Virus record (IMG/VR): IMGVR_UViG_3300020214_002251
Location: 1-28,308 of that record
Reading direction: 5' to 3' (one strand)
Length of the DNA: 28,308 nucleotides
Origin: a virus
Taxonomy: Duplodnaviria > Caudoviricetes
The position numbers were made by a program, and so were the translations under genes. The notes beneath the pieces were generated by a model that saw nothing but the letters and a program-made list of their open reading frames with translations, was not told the origin of the DNA and searched no databases. Of the stretch, positions 25,279-28,308 are shown in pieces (within the stretch, counting starts at the first letter, position 1; the number at the start of each line of letters is the position of its first letter).

Positions 25279-26513
25279 GGTTTGACATTGACGATAAGGT
25301 AATTCTTAGATTCTCTGAAGATAGGAAAGATTCATCTGCACTTTTTAGAGCGGCAGATGGAGAATTTGCGACTGTCGTTGAACGCTATTCACAAACATAT
25401 TTGCCTGGCGTTGATTTTTATGAAGTTGAACTCGAAACGCCAGTTTCGATGGACGGTACTAATATTGTAGTAGTTTCTGGTCTATTAGAGAAGGAGCTTG
25501 AGCCAATGAACGCACAAGACGAAGGTAAAATCAATCCAAAGTATCTTACTAAGAATGCAAGAGCAATGAAAGATGAGATTAAAAAGCACTCTCATAAAGA
25601 TTCAAAAGATGCAAGTGCATATACGAGTCACCCAGATGGTGGTTGGAAAGCTGATTATGGCAAAGGTGGCAAGCCCTATAAAACTAAAACTAGTCAGCAT
25701 ACAAAAAAGTTTCATCAAATGTTTGGAGAAGCTTTCATGGAGCAGATCTCAGAAGGTCAAGTTGACTCAGCTCTCGATAAAAAAGCAAAGACTACTGAAA
25801 TTTCTAAATCAATCTTACGCAGCGTTTACAATAGAGGCCTTGCCGCTTGGCGAACAGGTCATAGACCTGGAGTAACCCAACACCAATGGGCAATGGCTCG
25901 AGTAAATTCATTTGCAACTAAAGGCAAAGGTACTTGGGGTAAAGCGGATAAAGATCTAGCACAAAAGGTTAGAAAAACCAATGAAACTATTAACTTGGAT
26001 AGCGATAATAAATTTAAATGGGACAAATCGGACGAATATTATATTTTTCAAAAAAGTATAGGATACGTTAATATTGACACATATGATCCACCTACCACGT
26101 TTCCAGATAATATAACGGCTCTAATTAATAAAAAATATCCCGATTTAAAACGGCTAACTCAGCTAGGGTTAAGTAATGGCTTATATCTTGAAAATATTAG
26201 ACCAGAAAAGTGTACTGTAAAATATCACATGGTGCCAGCATACGGTCGAGCTGGAATAAATGAAATTGCCGTAACTGCGCTAAGTATCTTAATGCAATTT
26301 AGTCTAGAAGTATTTAATGTTGATAAAGATGACTATGAAACTTGGGATGAATTAAATATTGAGATTCTGGATGACACTAATTTGTTTATGAGCACAAAGA
26401 TAAAATATGAAATTACTAATTCATTCCCAATAGAGCTAGAGGAAATCGACATCCATATGAGTAGGAGCTGGGATCCAGCTAATTTTACATACGAGATTAA
26501 ATTTGGCGAATAA
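25275..26513 (+). CDS. Multi-domain protein containing DUF5824-like domain
   Basis: ILRSVYNRGLAAWRTGHRPGVTQHQWAMARVNSF and KTKTSQHTKKFHQMFGE; flanked by unrelated N- and C-terminal domains. Confidence 0.72.
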   Translation: MRFDIDDKVILRFSEDRKDSSALFRAADGEFATVVERYSQTYLPGVDFYEVELETPVSMDGTNIVVVSGLLEKELEPMNAQDEGKINPKYLTKNARAMKDEIKKHSHKDSKDASAYTSHPDGGWKADYGKGGKPYKTKTSQHTKKFHQMFGEAFMEQISEGQVDSALDKKAKTTEISKSILRSVYNRGLAAWRTGHRPGVTQHQWAMARVNSFATKGKGTWGKADKDLAQKVRKTNETINLDSDNKFKWDKSDEYYIFQKSIGYVNIDTYDPPTTFPDNITALINKKYPDLKRLTQLGLSNGLYLENIRPEKCTVKYHMVPAYGRAGINEIAVTALSILMQFSLEVFNVDKDDYETWDELNIEILDDTNLFMSTKIKYEITNSFPIELEEIDIHMSRSWDPANFTYEIKFGE

Positions 26514-26538
26514 ATGGCTGTACGCGGCACGCATTGAG

Positions 26539-26564
26539 AAGGGAGGCAGTTGCTTCTCTTTTTT
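26539..26564 (+). terminator. Rho-independent terminator
   Basis: AAGGGAGGC-agtt-GCTTCTCTT 9-bp stem (two G-U pairs) plus TTTT. Confidence 0.7.
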
Positions 26565-26574
26565 ATTTATGGCG

Positions 26575-26581
26575 ATAAATA
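26575..26581 (+). promoter_or_regulatory. Putative late promoter ATAAATA
   Basis: GATAAATAA upstream of ATG 26604. Confidence 0.6.
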
Positions 26582-26603
26582 ACAAAAAGACTCTGACCAA
26601 ATA

Positions 26604-28308
26604 ATGGGAAATTTAACTACTAAAGAATTTTTTAGTTCTGTTAATTATCTTGCAACTGATGAAAAATTAGCAGATATTAAGGATAAGATTAACGTAGACC
26701 CAATTAGTGGAGGAGTTGAGTCTATATTCAACCACTTTGCGGTATTTAGGTATGTAGAAAACTTTACAGTTGATAAGTACGAGCCAGATGCGCATTTTGT
26801 AGGTTATTATCTACGTCACGACTTTGGAGCAGATCGCAAAGCCGCCGAAGATGAAGCTGATCGGAAAGAACAGGCTGTGATAAACAGTTCAGCACCAGAA
26901 ATCGCTAGCCTGCCACTTGACGATAGAAAGCGACTTGCTGCCGCAGCTAGAGACAGTGCCGATCGATTAGCTGACCGAAATATTGCGAGACAGGAAGCAA
27001 TGAAAGAGTACGTTTCAAATCCGACAGCTGAACGTATTATAAATTGGAGTAAAAACATTTCTCGTCACACGAATATTGGATATCAACCATTTGCCTGGAC
27101 AGATTTTTCCTATTGTAAATTTTATGGCAAGATGCCAAATAATCGGATGATTACTTTGCGTCGCTATCCATTTCCAGTTCACGATCACCTTAAGGGCCCA
27201 GATCTATCTCCATTAATTCCAATTGCGCAGGCAGTAACCTGGTTTGGAGGAGAAACTGATAATAAGCTATCATCAATTGGAAATTGGCAATGGGATATGC
27301 CTTGGGAAAAATTAACGGTAACTGAACAGCAGATTGAAGGTAATGAAGTTTTAATTTCAGATATTACAAGCATCGTAGAAGGAATCGGTGGTAAATTCGG
27401 TAAGGGATTAGCAAAGGCTCTTAAAACAATTCAAAATGTTGCAAATATTGCCACTGATGAAAGGAAGGCTTCCGAAATTACTGGAATGGACGTAGATATA
27501 CGGAGATATATCAAAGAACTGTACGACAAAGATAAAGGCCCGTATTGGAACAGAATATATGGACCGGTAAACGTAATCCATGAAAGTTCTAGAAGAATGA
27601 GAGGCATCCAAACTGCTTGGCAGACCAACTTTATTCTAAAGTTTCACTATCAATTTAGGTCATTTTCTGGAATTAGCCCAAAAATGGCAGCACTAGACCT
27701 AATGTCCAACTTTATGGCACTAACCTTTAACGATGCACAGTTCTTGGGGCAATTGGCAAGATATTTCCCAAAACCGGGCATTAAATTTTCTCCAGCGGTT
27801 ACGCAAACCTTAACTGATTTGCTAATGAGTTGGGGTATGGGTAAACTTTCTACAAAGGAAGCCCTTAATAAAATATCTACAATCATTAAAGCTCAAGGCC
27901 AATTATTTAAAACTCTTAAAGAAGAGGTTGAAAAGGACCCAACCAGTGTTCTTAGAGACACAGTTAATGCTTTTGCTCTAAGTAAATTTGAAGGTGCAAT
28001 GCCAAAATTACTTTCGGTAAAATCAGCGTTGGCAGATAGGCCAGTTGGGGAATGGCATATTGTTGTTGGCAATCCAATGAATCCGATCTTTGTTATGGGA
28101 GATTTGCTGTGTACCAAAACGACGGCAAAATTTGATGAAGAAATTGGGCCAGACGATTTTCCGACAGGAATTACCTTTGAAGTTACTCTACAACAAGGAA
28201 AACCTAAAGATAAGACTGCTCTTGAGAGAATGCTTAATCAGGGAATTGGCTCGTTGACGGCAACTAGACTAAACCCACCATCTTCTGCAAATGATACATT
28301 TGGAGAAG
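26604..28308 (+). CDS. Large hypothetical protein, probably structural (3'-truncated by window)
   Basis: Frame open from ATG 26604 (MGNLTTKEFF...) to the window end (>568 aa); contains DFSYCKFYGKMPNNRMITLRRYPFP, GPVNVI, VGEWHIVVGNPMNPI, GPDDFPT. Absent from the ORF track because no stop is reached. Confidence 0.85.
   Translation, partial: MGNLTTKEFFSSVNYLATDEKLADIKDKINVDPISGGVESIFNHFAVFRYVENFTVDKYEPDAHFVGYYLRHDFGADRKAAEDEADRKEQAVINSSAPEIASLPLDDRKRLAAAARDSADRLADRNIARQEAMKEYVSNPTAERIINWSKNISRHTNIGYQPFAWTDFSYCKFYGKMPNNRMITLRRYPFPVHDHLKGPDLSPLIPIAQAVTWFGGETDNKLSSIGNWQWDMPWEKLTVTEQQIEGNEVLISDITSIVEGIGGKFGKGLAKALKTIQNVANIATDERKASEITGMDVDIRRYIKELYDKDKGPYWNRIYGPVNVIHESSRRMRGIQTAWQTNFILKFHYQFRSFSGISPKMAALDLMSNFMALTFNDAQFLGQLARYFPKPGIKFSPAVTQTLTDLLMSWGMGKLSTKEALNKISTIIKAQGQLFKTLKEEVEKDPTSVLRDTVNAFALSKFEGAMPKLLSVKSALADRPVGEWHIVVGNPMNPIFVMGDLLCTKTTAKFDEEIGPDDFPTGITFEVTLQQGKPKDKTALERMLNQGIGSLTATRLNPPSSANDTFGE

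Noticed and set aside
25573-28117. ORF-track entries 25573(+) and 26333, 26816, 27185, 27408, 27431, 27650, 27893(-)
   Set aside because: Shadows of the 25275 gene and of the long plus-strand frame starting at 26604.
1-28308. Active stop-codon reassignment
   Set aside because: Core genes are full length and coding density is high under code 11.
1-28308. CRISPR array, tRNA/rRNA genes, long tandem repeats
   Set aside because: None recognised by eye, and intergenic gaps are short; tRNAscan/CRT were not run.

Overview
About 28 kb of an AT-rich, densely coded T4-like (Tevenvirinae-core-gene) large or jumbo tailed phage genome. The host is probably Bacteroidota (inferred from a Bacteroidota-type ClpC and A-rich starts lacking Shine-Dalgarno sites). 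The minus strand carries two core blocks: [PolB C-terminal half > gp61 primase > gp4 head-completion nuclease > gp2 DNA-end protector > gp20 portal] and [hypothetical > UvsY > UvsW], plus a T5 A1-like metallophosphoesterase. The plus strand carries an NTD-less ClpC, neck gp13, baseplate gp25, a HAD+HIGH nucleotidyltransferase fusion, a HAD / P-loop kinase / ligase-fold+HIGH cluster, a ferritin-like protein, a cupin, many unknown proteins, and a >568-aa ORF running off the 3' end that the ORF track missed. Main observations: (1) at least 11 unrelated proteins share a short 'phi-x-x-F-x-x-F-(I/L)-x-E' peptide resembling the T4 capsid-targeting/prohead-protease signal, suggesting a large virion-packaged cargo that includes nucleotide-transfer enzymes; (2) a split family-B polymerase with an extra C-terminal domain; (3) two promoter classes, ATAAATA and AAAC-N16-18-TAnAAn, that largely sort genes by function; (4) a collapsed gene remnant. 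Family assignments come from motif recognition by eye and recall, not database searches. No tRNA, rRNA or CRISPR array was recognised.
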